DNA of 64,000 bases from an uncultured archaeon A07HR60 (GTDB lineage: Archaea; Halobacteriota; Halobacteria; Halobacteriales; Haloferacaceae). Positions 10,231 through 20,964 of the stretch are shown piece after piece; the first letter of the stretch is position 1; every line of letters starts with the position of its first letter. A program made the translations under genes and the position numbers. The DNA is taken from the NCBI GenBank assembly GCA_000496235.1, contig KI543222.1, positions 26,942 to 90,941 on the forward strand, in the 5' to 3' direction. The notes under the pieces were generated by a model, which had not been told where the DNA came from, did not search any database, and saw nothing but the letters and a program-made list of their open reading frames with translations.

Positions 10231-10740
10231 AGTGGTTTGAGGCGAAAGCCCACGGCTTCAGCCGCGGGATGAGGCCGACAACGGAGAACCACACACGCTA
10301 TTCCTGCACGCTGTTATCCGATACAGTCAATCACAAAGAGTCCCTACATCCAGACAGATATGCGATGTGCTGCTGCGGGGAACCCGCTCACGCTCAAGAC
10401 GGTCACGAGTGGGTCTCACCTACTCACACACCACCGCGGCCCACCCAGCAGCAAACACTGTCGCCCCTCAGAACTCTCCACGAGTGGCTGCAACGGAGAG
10501 GAGAGTTGGGCTGATGGCCCAGCCTGCTGCTCACGCGACTGGACGCCCGTGAGTGCCACGCTCTCAATGAGAGCGGGCAACAGCGAACGGATACACAAAA
10601 ACACCACACCACACCCTCGTTCGAGGGCCGAAGTTGCATCAGCGAACCCGCACGGTCACAGCCGTAGTTATCAGCAGTGACGGATAACTGACGGAGGAAT
10701 CCCACCCTACCCCACCCCTTCAGGGGTGGGAGGAGGTCAA
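10231..10740 (+). mobile_element. Non-autonomous IS200/IS605 mini-element (510 bp) inserted 3' of TTAC
   Basis: Left end TTAC|agtggtttgaggcgaaagcccacggcttcagccgcgggatgaggccgac; right end cccacccttcaggggtgggaggaggtcaa; no tnpA or tnpB ORF. Confidence 0.75.
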
Positions 10741-10755
10741 GGCTGACGCCGTTCG

Positions 10756-11298
10756 CTACTTGAGGGCAGGGCTTCCTGTTTCCACGACGCGCTTTGCAGA
10801 TACGGACGTATCCACAGCGAGCGCAGTCTCCACAGGCGGTGATTCGGAGTGTCCCACTCCTATTTCTTCGAGGCCGCGAGAAAGAATGTTCCACGCCGCG
10901 TTCGCGTCCCTGTCCAATTCAAACCCGCAAACTGGACAGGAGTGTTCACGGACCCACAACGGCTTGCCCGTCGAGACACCGCAGGACGCGCACTCTTTGC
11001 TCGTCCCTCTCGGGTTGACCGCGACGAAGTGCGTCCCCTCTCGCTTACACTTGTATTCGAGCAACGAGAGAAACGTTCGCCATGCGGCAGAGGCGGTGTT
11101 GCGGCTGTTCGATGGCGACTCCACCATCCCCTTCACGTTCAGGTCTTCGACCGCTACGCGGTCGTATTCTCTGGCGTAGTACGCTGAGAGTTTGTGGAGG
11201 AAGTCGCGGCGCTTCCGTTGGAGGTCGGCGTGACACTCCGCTACGCGCCGCCGTTGCTTCTCGTAGTTGCTCGACCCGTGCTGTTTGCGCGAGAGTTT
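10756..11298 (-). pseudogene. tnpB: 5'-truncated TnpB (IS200/IS605 RNA-guided nuclease)
   Basis: KLSRKQHGSSNYEKQR...DFLHKLS...VAVEDLNVKGM, TSKECASCG/HSCPVCG zinc ribbon, DRDANAAWNI RuvC-III; N-terminal half and RuvC-I missing. Confidence 0.92.
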
Positions 11299-11383
11299 TG
11301 TATATGAGAACCGTTCGGCGCTCGCTGAGGAAAGGGGCTTAGCGCCTCGGTACAGCTAAGCGTCGGGCAGTTCAAACGGGCAC

Positions 11384-12016
11384 GTGCTCAGATACGTGAC
11401 GACGAACGAGGGGAAGATTCGCGAGGCCCGAGAGTATCTCGGGGAGGAGACGATCGAGCAGCGAGACTTCGATTACACGGAGATACAGGCCCCGGAACTG
11501 GAACCGATTGCGGCAGCGGGCGCCCGAGAAGCGTACCAGCGGATGGCTGGCCCCGTGATCGTTGACGACGCCGGCCTATTCATTGATGACTTCGAAGGGT
11601 TTCCAGGGCCGTATTCGTCGTTCGTAGAAAACACCATAGGCGTCGAACGGGTGTGGGAGCTCGCTCAGCAGATCGATTCAGCCCAGGCTTCTTTCAGGTG
11701 TGTCTTGGCTTACTGTGACGGGAAGCCGGTCGAAGCGTCGCCAGACCCCATCGACCGGACCGAGCGGGCCGCAACCGTGGCTCACGGCGATTTTGAGGAG
11801 GCTGATCAGGACACTTTGCTGCCGGTCAAACTGTTTGCAGGGGCCGTTCCAGGGACGATCGTCGCCCCAAGAGGAGACGGGGGGTTCGGGTACGACCCGA
11901 TATTCGAACACGATGGCGAGACACTCGCCGAGATGTCGACAGAACAGAAGAATTCGCTTTCTCATCGGGGTCGTGCCCTCTCGGAGTTTGCAGAGTGGTA
12001 TTCACAACGGGACTGA
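11384..12016 (+). CDS. Non-canonical purine NTP pyrophosphatase (RdgB/HAM1 family)
   Basis: TTNEGK, VDDAGL, GFPGPYS, GFGYDPIF, KNSLSHRGRA. Confidence 0.95.
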   Translation: MLRYVTTNEGKIREAREYLGEETIEQRDFDYTEIQAPELEPIAAAGAREAYQRMAGPVIVDDAGLFIDDFEGFPGPYSSFVENTIGVERVWELAQQIDSAQASFRCVLAYCDGKPVEASPDPIDRTERAATVAHGDFEEADQDTLLPVKLFAGAVPGTIVAPRGDGGFGYDPIFEHDGETLAEMSTEQKNSLSHRGRALSEFAEWYSQRD

Positions 12017-12235
12017 CGAATCATGTGACCGTGGTCTGAGCAAGCAGAAGCCACCGGAAGCAGTACATATCAGTTGTAGCCGAGGACCACGTCTGACGGT
12101 CATCAGATTGGGTTGTAGCTCAAACACCCGCTCCCAAGCCGACGACATCATCATCCAGGTTCGTGTGAGTATACAGTAACCGATTGATATCGATTCTCTG
12201 TGACGGCCAGCCCGACACGTGACACTCAATAGCCG

Positions 12236-12709
12236 CTACGAACGCGGGTCACGATCAGGACCGGGATAGTCACCGCCGACGACGGTGGGGTAGAGTCGTT
12301 CGGGATTGAATATCGCTGCGAAGGCATCGGGCTCGCGGATACTCACCGGAAACGTCTCTTGGAGTGACGTCCCCGCTCCGACCGTCGTCAGCGAAGACTC
12401 GAACGAGATCACGTGCATTGCCCCCCCGCGATACGCCGACGCGACTGCCGGGTGATCGCCTTCGGGATGCTCGACCGGCTCGCGCCACTGGTTGATCCGA
12501 TTATGCCACCCCGCCGCGAGTTCCTCGGAAGCAACTGCCGTGATGATGTCCGTCGCTTCTGCGAGGAGTGCATCACTGGCGACGAGAGACGTCCAGGAGT
12601 GACTCCGCAACTCGTCAAGACTGCGTCGAGCCGCTCCGTCGACCAGCAGATCGGCCGCAAGTACGTCCGCGTCGGCCACAACCCGAGCTGGACTCGGGTC
12701 GATCGTCAT
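12236..12709 (-). CDS. Conserved haloarchaeal protein, PIN-domain-like
   Basis: RVVADADVLAADLL, HPEGDHPAVASAYRGGA, YPGPDRDPR. Confidence 0.65.
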   Translation of the reverse strand: MTIDPSPARVVADADVLAADLLVDGAARRSLDELRSHSWTSLVASDALLAEATDIITAVASEELAAGWHNRINQWREPVEHPEGDHPAVASAYRGGAMHVISFESSLTTVGAGTSLQETFPVSIREPDAFAAIFNPERLYPTVVGGDYPGPDRDPRS

Positions 12710-12810
12710 TCATCGCGCAGCTCTTCAAGTCTGGCCCGGACACGGTCGATTGTCTCATCCGGATCGACGCGATACTCTTGGGCCTGCTCGAACAGATTAT
12801 CCCAGTTCAC
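12706..12810 (-). CDS. 34-aa small acidic protein (not in ORF track)
   Basis: GTG start; MNWDNLFEQAQEYRVDPDETIDRVRARLEELRDE; stop overlaps next start (ATGA). Confidence 0.6.
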   Translation of the reverse strand: MNWDNLFEQAQEYRVDPDETIDRVRARLEELRDE

Positions 12811-13096
12811 ACAATTAGTTGCTCCGCCCGGCACATTGGGTTTACGACTATAGTGTGGCCAGTAAGATCGGCTGTCAGTCTCAGCCCAGAAGCGGAGGCC
12901 GTGAGAAACGAGTGTGGTCGCCAGGCTGGAAGTGGTTTGAAGACGCCGCTGTCACACGCTCGTCTGACGAGGTTTTAATCCACCGCCGTCAGGTGACATA
13001 CACAGACGCGCACCGACCCTCAGTTCCCATCCACCCGTGTGCGCGTCTATACTTCTGAGACTGGCAAAAACCGCTTCGGGGAGAGTCGGTGACCGG

Positions 13097-13771
13097 TTAG
13101 GCGCTGGCCGGGGAATCAGTGCCAAACAGTTGCGCACGGACTTCTGCTTCGACACCGGACTGCATAATGACGGCCAGACGGTCATCTGCTTCAACGAGTG
13201 TGCCAGGCAGTGGGATCGTCAGATCCGCGTTGTCGTGCCCGTGTGCGTATACTCTACCTCGTTCTCCGAGGTCGATCTCGTTGACGTATCCCCCGACGAT
13301 GGGGGCGCTCTCGGGCACGTCTAGCACGGTGATTGCCAACTCCTGCGTAAGATCTGCGATGGCGCCGAAGTCACCGCCCAGGAGAGCTGTTTTCGCGCCG
13401 GCTGCGCCGAGTTGTTCCGGATAGATTACGTCGTCGGCGTCCGTGGTGTACTCCTGATACAGGGCGGCGCTGACGTCCTCACTGATCCGCATGACAGTTC
13501 GGGCGCCGTGACGGGCTGCCACCGTGCATATCTCATCATTCACGTCTGGATCGCCGGTGAATCCGCCGACCGCGTCCGCCGTTTCGACGCCGACCTCACT
13601 GAGTACCACCTCCCGAGTGCCGTCTCCGAGGGCCGCGGTAAAACCCTGCTCGCGGGCCCGGTTGACCTTCTGTTGAACCGTATCGACGACTGCCATCTCG
13701 TGGCCTTCTCTATCGAGAACTTGTGCAGTCTGTGAGCCGACCCGACCGTACCCGACAATTACAATTTTCAT
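13097..13771 (-). CDS. TrkA-family NAD-binding potassium uptake regulator
   Basis: MKIVIVGYGRVG Rossmann motif, GDGT, VIYPE, TrkA-C domain. Confidence 0.9.
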   Translation of the reverse strand: MKIVIVGYGRVGSQTAQVLDREGHEMAVVDTVQQKVNRAREQGFTAALGDGTREVVLSEVGVETADAVGGFTGDPDVNDEICTVAARHGARTVMRISEDVSAALYQEYTTDADDVIYPEQLGAAGAKTALLGGDFGAIADLTQELAITVLDVPESAPIVGGYVNEIDLGERGRVYAHGHDNADLTIPLPGTLVEADDRLAVIMQSGVEAEVRAQLFGTDSPASA

Positions 13772-13902
13772 GTCACCGGATACCACGGCATTTGGAATAA
13801 ATCTATGCGCCTGAGTCTGCCGGCACGCCGTGTCGGACATGATCGGTGTCCGTCAGTTTCACACCCGGACAGTGGGGTCTGAGTGCGACAGATGCAGACA
13901 GA

Positions 13903-15087
13903 TTACCAGAAAAACCGGAACAAGACAGTGAACATCACGTACGCGCCGGTCGTCGAAATCATCGGGACAACATTCTGTAACACAATCACGCGGCCGGTGG
14001 TAGTTGGGTCAAACAGGTCAGACGCCGCGGGAATCGCGTCTGGGTCTTCCTTACCGATCGGGGGGGCCGGATCTGGCTCGTCTCCCGCACCATCAGAGAC
14101 CAGCGCATCAACCGACACGTCCGGAGCTTTCTCTCCGCGAACGACCTCCGAAATGGTCGCGACCCGGGTTGCCCGACCCCATCCGAGGCCGACGATCGAC
14201 ATTGTGGCGATGATGACGAACGACGCGGGGATGCCGATAGCAGACAGCCCAGTGACGATCGACGAGGAAACGACCGCGACGACGATTGCTGCCGTCAGCG
14301 GGAGGTCAGTAATGTCGCTGCCAATCGTATCTAACGTTCGGCGGGCGATAGTGAATGCGCCGATTGCGACGGCGCCACAGCCCAACAGCAACATGAGATT
14401 GAGGTCCGCGCCGGCACCGACGAGCGGGGCAATCGCGTTGGCGATATTCGAGGTCCCCGAGGAGAATGCCATCAGACACCCAATCGACACGATGGTGACG
14501 ACACCGACGAGTTCCCGCCGGGTCGTATTGGGCCCACTCGTGACCTGAGGGAGCCGGCCGGAGCGGTCGACCTCAACCAGTGGGCCTGGCGTTTGCTCGA
14601 TGGCGATCAGCCGCTCGATCGAGGGATAAAAATATCGCCCGAGCATTCCAGAAATCCAGAATCCAACGATAGGCGCAACGATCCACCAGATAGCGATTTC
14701 CCCCATTACAGCCCAGTCGAGTTCGCCGGTCGCGATCCCGAGTCCTGCAATCGCTCCGACGGCCGTCATTGAGGTGGACGCGGGAACCCCGTAGAAGTTT
14801 CCGATGAACAGCGCCGCACCAATAAAGAACAAAACGACGATACTGGACTCGACGGTGAACACGCCCGTATCAGTGACCAGTTCCGTCCCGAGCGTCTCCA
14901 CCACACGTCGGCCGATAGTCCAGCCGCCAATGAAGAAAAACACCGCCATCAGCGCCGCTGCCGCCGTCTTCGACATTACCTTGGCCCCGACGGCTGGGCC
15001 GAAGGCTGGGCCTGTTGTCGCACCACCAATATTGAACCCGACAAACAGCGAAACGACAATCCCAACCAGAAGAAGCGGTTCTACCAC
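13903..15087 (-). CDS. Inorganic phosphate transporter (PiT family)
   Basis: GFNIGG...AFGPAVG, PASTS, GTSNIANAIAPL; many TM helices. Confidence 0.92.
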   Translation of the reverse strand: MVEPLLLVGIVVSLFVGFNIGGATTGPAFGPAVGAKVMSKTAAAALMAVFFFIGGWTIGRRVVETLGTELVTDTGVFTVESSIVVLFFIGAALFIGNFYGVPASTSMTAVGAIAGLGIATGELDWAVMGEIAIWWIVAPIVGFWISGMLGRYFYPSIERLIAIEQTPGPLVEVDRSGRLPQVTSGPNTTRRELVGVVTIVSIGCLMAFSSGTSNIANAIAPLVGAGADLNLMLLLGCGAVAIGAFTIARRTLDTIGSDITDLPLTAAIVVAVVSSSIVTGLSAIGIPASFVIIATMSIVGLGWGRATRVATISEVVRGEKAPDVSVDALVSDGAGDEPDPAPPIGKEDPDAIPAASDLFDPTTTGRVIVLQNVVPMISTTGAYVMFTVLFRFFW

Positions 15088-15339
15088 ATGCGAATGAGAC
15101 TCCCGACCCGGTTAACACTACCTGGTCCGACCGCGGGGACAGGCCCAGACGATCTGCCAGGCCGACCCGACTCGGACCGGACTGGACTGTCTCGTCTGAA
15201 CCGGGGTTCGGCCCGATTGGCACTGCAGTGTCACCTCTGTAACCACCCAGTCTGAGACAGGTGAATATACCAGGCTGCCGATTGTAGATATGATAATGCA
15301 CGCTGAGAAACCCTCCGTGATGCGGCGTCCGAGGCAGCC

Positions 15340-16643
15340 GTGAAACCGAGTCGGGTCGATTTTGTCACCGATATCCTGTATGGGGTGTTGTTGATTGTTG
15401 GTATCGCGCTTATTCTGCTGGGTGACACTGCGGCCGGCGTCGCCTTCGGCCTGGGCTCGTTGTCAGCGTATGTCGTCCACGTCGGGTGGAAGATGGCCCG
15501 ATTTGACCCACAGTGGATGACCGATCGGGTCGCAGAGCAGGTGGAAGAGACCGTGACTGAGCAGGTCGAGGAATCTGTCGATCAGGCTGTGAGCAAAGAG
15601 ATTGGTGTGGTCGCCGGGGCAGACGGCGGCACCGGGCCCGGTCCAGAAGAGATGGGCTTCGAGCGAACAGTGTCTCAACAGGTCAGCCGATCCGTCGACC
15701 AGGCCATCGCCGACGAAGTCGACGAGACGGTCGGCTCGGGGATGAATCAGGAGGTACAAACGATGCTTGAAGATACCGTCGAGAAAACTGTCGAAGACAC
15801 CGTCGAAGGGTCCGTCGACAACACCGTCGAAGATGCTGTTGAAGATACCGTCGAGAAAACTGTCGAAGACGCTGTCGAGGATACTGTAGAGAAAACCGTC
15901 GAAGACGCTGTCGAGGATACTGTAGAGAAAACCGTCGAAGATGCTGTCGAGGATACTGTGGAGAAGACCGTCGAAGATGCTGTTGAAGATACTGTGGAGA
16001 AAACTGTCGAAGATACCGTCGAAGGGTCCGTCGACAACACCGTCGAAGACGCTGTTGAAGATACCGTCGAGAAAACTGTCGAAGATACCGTTGAAGGGTC
16101 CGTCGACAACACCGTCGAAGATGCTGTTGAAGATACCGTCGAGAAGACTGTCGAAGACGCTGTTGAGGATACTGTGGAGAAGACCGTCGAAGATGCTGTT
16201 GAAGATACTGTGGAGAAGACTGTCGAAGATACCGTCGAAGGGTCCGTCGACAACACCGTCGAAGACGCTGTTGAAGATACCGTCGAGAAGACTGTCGAAG
16301 ACGCTGTTGAGGATACTGTAGAGAAAACCGTCGAAGATGCTGTCGAGGATACTGTGGAGAAGACCGTCGAAGATGCTGTTGAAGATACTGTGGAGAAACT
16401 GTCGAAGATACCGTCGAAGGGTCCGTCGACAACACCGTCGAAGACGCTGTTGAAGATACCGTCGAGAAAACTGTCGAAGATACCGTTGAAAAGACGGTGG
16501 AAGATGCTGTCGAGGACACCGTCGAAAAGACGGTGGAAGATACTGTCGAGGACAGTGTCGAGAAGGCCGTCAAAGAAACCGTCGAGAAGACAGTCGAAGA
16601 GAAGATGGAAGAATCCGATGCCGACTCCGGAGACGAGGATTGA
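15340..16643 (+). CDS. Two-TM membrane protein with long acidic tetrapeptide-repeat tail; apparent 1-nt deletion near 16397
   Basis: Two hydrophobic helices then (VEDA/VEDT/VEKT/VEGS/VDNT)n; gagaaactgtc versus gagaaaactgtc elsewhere; corrected frame ends ...EESDADSGDED-TGA at 16641-16643. Confidence 0.7.
15767..16600 (+). repeat. Coding tandem repeat: 12-nt units with higher-order blocks
   Basis: Repeated gtcgaagatgct/gttgaagatacc/gtcgagaaaact/gtcgaagggtcc/gtcgacaacacc. Confidence 0.95.
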
Positions 16644-16687
16644 GATCCTCCCCGCCCTGAAGGGCGAGGCTTTCGCCTTGTTGCTCA
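16640..16687 (-). mobile_element. 48 bp PATE-like IS605 derivative (left and right ends fused through one hairpin)
   Basis: Minus strand TTAC|tgagcaacaaggcgaaagcctcgcccttcagggcggggaggatctcaa. Confidence 0.8.
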
Positions 16688-16781
16688 GTAATCGGCTATC
16701 TCGACCGGAACCGATTGACCGCCGCACAGACGCTCTTTGATGATGGAGAATTGGGGGGATCGATCAGCATGAGCGCGGACC

Positions 16782-18401
16782 CTACGGCCGGATACGTCGA
16801 CCGAACGCGATGTCGGCATCGACCGGATTCGCGAGAAGGTCATCCAGTGGCGACGGAAGGTCAGCAGACATCACAACAGACAGCGGCGTAAGGAGACTTT
16901 CGCCGAGTGCGCTCGAGGCTGGTGAAGGCGTCTGATCTGCCATCCTCAGTTGTGGGCCACCGGATTCAGCCGCGGCGATAGCTGCCTCTGCGTCGACGAT
17001 ACCGGAGCCGAATCTCGTGTCACGGTCGGTCGTGTCGTCGGCCGCCTCGGCGGGCTTTCGAGCGGACGCCTCTAACACCTGTTCGACCTCACCTGGTCCC
17101 GCTTCTGTTGCTCCGATCACCAGGGCCGCGAGTCCGGCGACATGTGGGGTGGCCATCGAGGTGCCACTCAGTTCCCCGTAGCCGTCGGTTCCTTGCGCGC
17201 TCTTCACATCGACTCCGGGAGCGGTGACCGTTGGGACGACGTACTCGTCAGGCCATTCTTCTGGGGGCGACGACCACTCGTTTTTATTGACGCGTTCGCC
17301 GCCGGAAAAGTCGGCAACAGAGCCGTCATCGTTGACCGCTCCGACCGCCACTGTGTCGTAGACGTTGCCTGGAGACCCACTTGTCCCCTCGCCAGCGTTG
17401 CCGGCAGCGGCCACGACGAGCGTCCCGGCGGCTCTGGCGTTGCGGACCGGTTCGACCATCCGGTCCGTTTTACCGGGGGCTCCAAGACTCATGCTGAGTA
17501 CGTCTGCGTTCACGTCTGCCACAGCCCACTCCATCCCGGCGATGATCTGCTCGAACGTCCCGCTACAGCCGGTTCGACCGCAGTCGTTTAGGACACTTCC
17601 GACCGCAAGATCGGCATCAGGGGCCACCCCGATTGCAGTCCCGCTCGCATTCCCACCGACGATTGTTCCCGACACGTGAGTTCCGTGACTCTGCGGTGAG
17701 GGGTCGGTCGGTTCACCCTCAATCGGACTCCCGTCAGAGCCGAACGCCTGGAATCGTTCCACATCGATATCAGGGTGTTCTGCCTCGACACCCGAGTCCA
17801 GCACTGCCACGGTCGCACCCGCTCCGCGAGCGCCGAACCGCTCGCGCGCGTCCGGGACCGATATCTGGTCAAGCCCTGCAGTGACGTCCTGCTCAGCCGG
17901 TGCTACGGTGTCGGCCGAATCGACTGTCTCGACGGGTTGTGACTGAGTGATACTGAACGTCTCATGAACCGCTTCGACGGTATCGAACGTGTCGAGTGTG
18001 TCGAGTTCTGCCTCTGGAGACACGGACAACGTAACCGCGTTGACCAGCCAGAAACTGTTCCGAACTTCCACTCCTTCGGTACGTTCGGCCCACTCGATCA
18101 CCCCCGTCTGGGTGCGATCGGCATGCGTTTGCAGCGCGTCGACCGAGGCACCTTGTGTGCCGAGGCCCTCTTCGGGTTGCTGTGCGCTCCGGTATGTGTC
18201 GAGCCGGACGACAATCGTCCCGTCGATTTCGTCGGGATTTCCGTCGAGCCACTCGACATCATCAGTTGCATCTCCGTCGTCGTGAGCCGCAGTCGCCACC
18301 CCCACCCCGGGTGACACGACTGGTAGTAAGACGACCACCGAGACGACGACCGTGAGCGACTGTCGAACGATATGTGACACGTACAGGGTCCTCCTATGCA
18401 A
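16782..18401 (-). CDS. Secreted subtilisin-like serine protease (S8) with propeptide; true start may be GTG at 18380
   Basis: [32 protein letters not shown]-terminal signal peptide. Confidence 0.93.
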   Translation of the reverse strand: MHRRTLYVSHIVRQSLTVVVSVVVLLPVVSPGVGVATAAHDDGDATDDVEWLDGNPDEIDGTIVVRLDTYRSAQQPEEGLGTQGASVDALQTHADRTQTGVIEWAERTEGVEVRNSFWLVNAVTLSVSPEAELDTLDTFDTVEAVHETFSITQSQPVETVDSADTVAPAEQDVTAGLDQISVPDARERFGARGAGATVAVLDSGVEAEHPDIDVERFQAFGSDGSPIEGEPTDPSPQSHGTHVSGTIVGGNASGTAIGVAPDADLAVGSVLNDCGRTGCSGTFEQIIAGMEWAVADVNADVLSMSLGAPGKTDRMVEPVRNARAAGTLVVAAAGNAGEGTSGSPGNVYDTVAVGAVNDDGSVADFSGGERVNKNEWSSPPEEWPDEYVVPTVTAPGVDVKSAQGTDGYGELSGTSMATPHVAGLAALVIGATEAGPGEVEQVLEASARKPAEAADDTTDRDTRFGSGIVDAEAAIAAAESGGPQLRMADQTPSPASSALGESLLTPLSVVMSADLPSPLDDLLANPVDADIAFGRRIRP

Positions 18402-18715
18402 CGGAATATCGACCAGACGAGTAGCTGAGGGACGCGTTCGTCTCTCTCACTACACGCCGACCGATCCGTACATATCATGATGTGTATCTGGACAGGTTTG
18501 TGTATTACTCCAGACTGGAGTTCCTGTGTCGGTGTGACCGCGTGTACCTCGGGTGGAGTTGTCGTCCGACGATAGGCGAGGAGGGAATTCACGGCCGGCG
18601 CTGAACCGTCTCGGGGTTACGCACAGAACTGCTCGTCTCGCTCGTCAGTGGCCCCGCCTGCGCCAGTCGTTATCCTTTCGATGGAGGGCTTCTTTGTCGT
18701 GACCAGGAACGCTCA

Positions 18716-19528
18716 ATGCACACACATCCACCGCTCAAGAGTCTGGATGCGGCTCCGGGGGCGCTATTCGACGGCCACCTGTGGATCATGGAATTGATAG
18801 ACGGACTGGCCTTCCGGTTTCGGATGCAGGAGTCGGGGCTTTTGGAGTTCGGCGGCCCAGATCGCGTGTTCGAGTCCGACCGCGTCCCGCTGGAGTACCG
18901 CCACGCGGTCCGCATGGTCCAGGATAGGTTCGAGCGGGATCGATTCCGCGATGCAGTCGAAACTGTCGATGCAGTCACGTTCCTGGCCGTTGCAGTCGGT
19001 GCCGGCGAGACGCCTTACGACTGGGCGCAGACTCCCTCGGTTTTCGGAACAGACGTATGGAACGACGACACCGGTGAGTACCTCTCGATCGACACTGCGA
19101 GACGCGTGTTCAAGCGAGTTGAGATTCCCCCGATCAACACCATCGCGAGAGAAGTTCGGGGGAGAGACTTCGATCCAGATACGTATGACATACCCCTGTC
19201 CGAGTGGCGAGACGGCCCAGCCGTTGGAGTGGTCTTGCGGGACAAAACCGGCTCCAGAGCAGCACTGCGGTCCGGCCAGTCGGCATCGCCCGACCCCCGC
19301 CCCACGACAGTCGACGAGATTGGGAGCCACATCTCGGACCCCTGGCTCGAGCGAGTCGTTGAAGCCGTCGCCACCGAATCGGACGGCAACAGTACCAAAA
19401 CAATCGTCACGCGGGCTCTTGAGCGGCTCGCCCGGGAAGGACGTCTTCCAGACAACTCCGGAAGTGCAGCAGAATCAGAGTTCCGGGCAGCCGTTACCGA
19501 TCGCGTGAATCAGTACCTCCGCGAGTGA
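18716..19528 (+). CDS. RNA-ligase/nucleotidyltransferase-fold protein with degenerate catalytic motifs
   Basis: GHLWIMELIDG, YDWAQTPSVFGTDVW, RDFDPDTYDIPLSEWRDGPAVGVVLRDK follow the haloarchaeal RNA-ligase-like family. Confidence 0.6.
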   Translation: MHTHPPLKSLDAAPGALFDGHLWIMELIDGLAFRFRMQESGLLEFGGPDRVFESDRVPLEYRHAVRMVQDRFERDRFRDAVETVDAVTFLAVAVGAGETPYDWAQTPSVFGTDVWNDDTGEYLSIDTARRVFKRVEIPPINTIAREVRGRDFDPDTYDIPLSEWRDGPAVGVVLRDKTGSRAALRSGQSASPDPRPTTVDEIGSHISDPWLERVVEAVATESDGNSTKTIVTRALERLAREGRLPDNSGSAAESEFRAAVTDRVNQYLRE

Positions 19529-19749
19529 CTCCGGCAGCAGTGAGTCGCCGGGTGACCCACTGTCAGCCCACCCTCAGCTCCGTTCGTGGCCGTGATCTTT
19601 TGCTCTGGCCAGTTTCTCTGTCTGTCCTCAATCACAGAACGAGCATTCACAGTACCACCAATCCGGGTCAACATCCGGAAGTCTGGCCAGGCTCCGACTC
19701 AGACGAACCGATCGTTGAAAATGGCAAGACCGTCTGCGAGGCGAGCAGT

Positions 19750-20721
19750 TCAGTCGGCGCGTGGGACGGAGATTTCAGGCAGTTCCGCTTCGATCTGTTC
19801 ACGACGGTCACCGAATTCCCCCGGTAATACGAGCTGCTCGCCCAGTTCGGCCATAGGTTCGTCAGACCCGTAACCCGGACCGTTAGTCGCGAGTTCAAAC
19901 AGGATGTCTCCGTGTTCTCGGAAGTACACAGAACGGAACCAGTGACGGTCGATCTGGCCGGTTGGTCTGAGGCCGTCAGTCTGCGCGATCTCACGCACTG
20001 CCGATTGGACCTCGTCGGTCGGTGTTTGGAAGGCGACGTGATGGACGGTGCCATGGCCCTGGCGGCCGCCCTCGATCGCCGGCACAACATCCACGTAGGT
20101 CCCCACCGGGCCCGCAGCCGCAAACCGGGTGCGGTCCCCGCTCGATGTATTGCTGTCTGCTGGTTCAGAGCCGGCTTCTTCGAGTCCCATCTTCTCGAGT
20201 AGAGTCTGTGTGGGCATCGGGTCAGCGAGCCACAGCGTCACCGAGTGGAACCCACGGATAGCCGCACGCTCAGGAACGAACTGCGTCCACGGCGTGGTCG
20301 GGTCATCATCCGGAATCGATGTGGCAACGAGCTCTACAGGGAGGCCGTCCGGGTCGCGGAAAGGGAGTACAGTCTCTTCGAAACGCTCGGTCCGGCCGTC
20401 GTACTCGACACCGTGCTCGTCGAAGCGAGCCTCCCAGAAGTCCAGACTCCCTTCCGGGACACGAAACGCCGTCCGAGAAACCTGTCCAGAGCCGATCTTG
20501 CCGTCGGCGATGTCTTCCCACGGGAAGAACGTCATACTCGTGCCTGGCGTCCCCTCGGCGTCGGCGAAAAAGAAGTGATAGGTGCTCGGGTCGTCCTGGT
20601 TGATCGAGCGCTTCACCAGCCGAAGACCGAGTGTCTCTGCCCAAAAATCTACATTCTGCTGGGGGTCACCAGCCACACACGTCACGTGATGAATACCGGG
20701 GGTCGAAGCCGTCTCTGTCAT
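19750..20721 (-). CDS. Ring-cleaving dioxygenase / glyoxalase (MhqA/O-like VOC family)
   Basis: GIHHVT, LGLRLVKRSINQDDPSTYH, GTVHHVAF, IDRHWFRSVYFRE. Confidence 0.92.
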   Translation of the reverse strand: MTETASTPGIHHVTCVAGDPQQNVDFWAETLGLRLVKRSINQDDPSTYHFFFADAEGTPGTSMTFFPWEDIADGKIGSGQVSRTAFRVPEGSLDFWEARFDEHGVEYDGRTERFEETVLPFRDPDGLPVELVATSIPDDDPTTPWTQFVPERAAIRGFHSVTLWLADPMPTQTLLEKMGLEEAGSEPADSNTSSGDRTRFAAAGPVGTYVDVVPAIEGGRQGHGTVHHVAFQTPTDEVQSAVREIAQTDGLRPTGQIDRHWFRSVYFREHGDILFELATNGPGYGSDEPMAELGEQLVLPGEFGDRREQIEAELPEISVPRAD

Positions 20722-20964
20722 AACTCATTGTATGACGCCAACCTACTTCAATTGGCGTTCGTTGGCTGGGATTCGATCGTCGGTGTTCTGGCCCCGCTCG
20801 AGTGAGTGTCCTGCCACGTCTTGATGCCAGCCCGTGGTTGACCACCGTTTCCGCCTGAAGACGGGGATATGCGCTCGCAGTTTTGTGCCATCACGAGCGC
20901 AGATGCTTCTGAGTGTCTCGGATTGAGACCCCACTGGAGGGAGCCGTTACAGACCGCCAATATT

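Noticed and set aside
15767..16600. Possible CRISPR array
   Set aside because: Contiguous in-frame 12-nt units without unique spacers and no cas genes; it is a coding repeat
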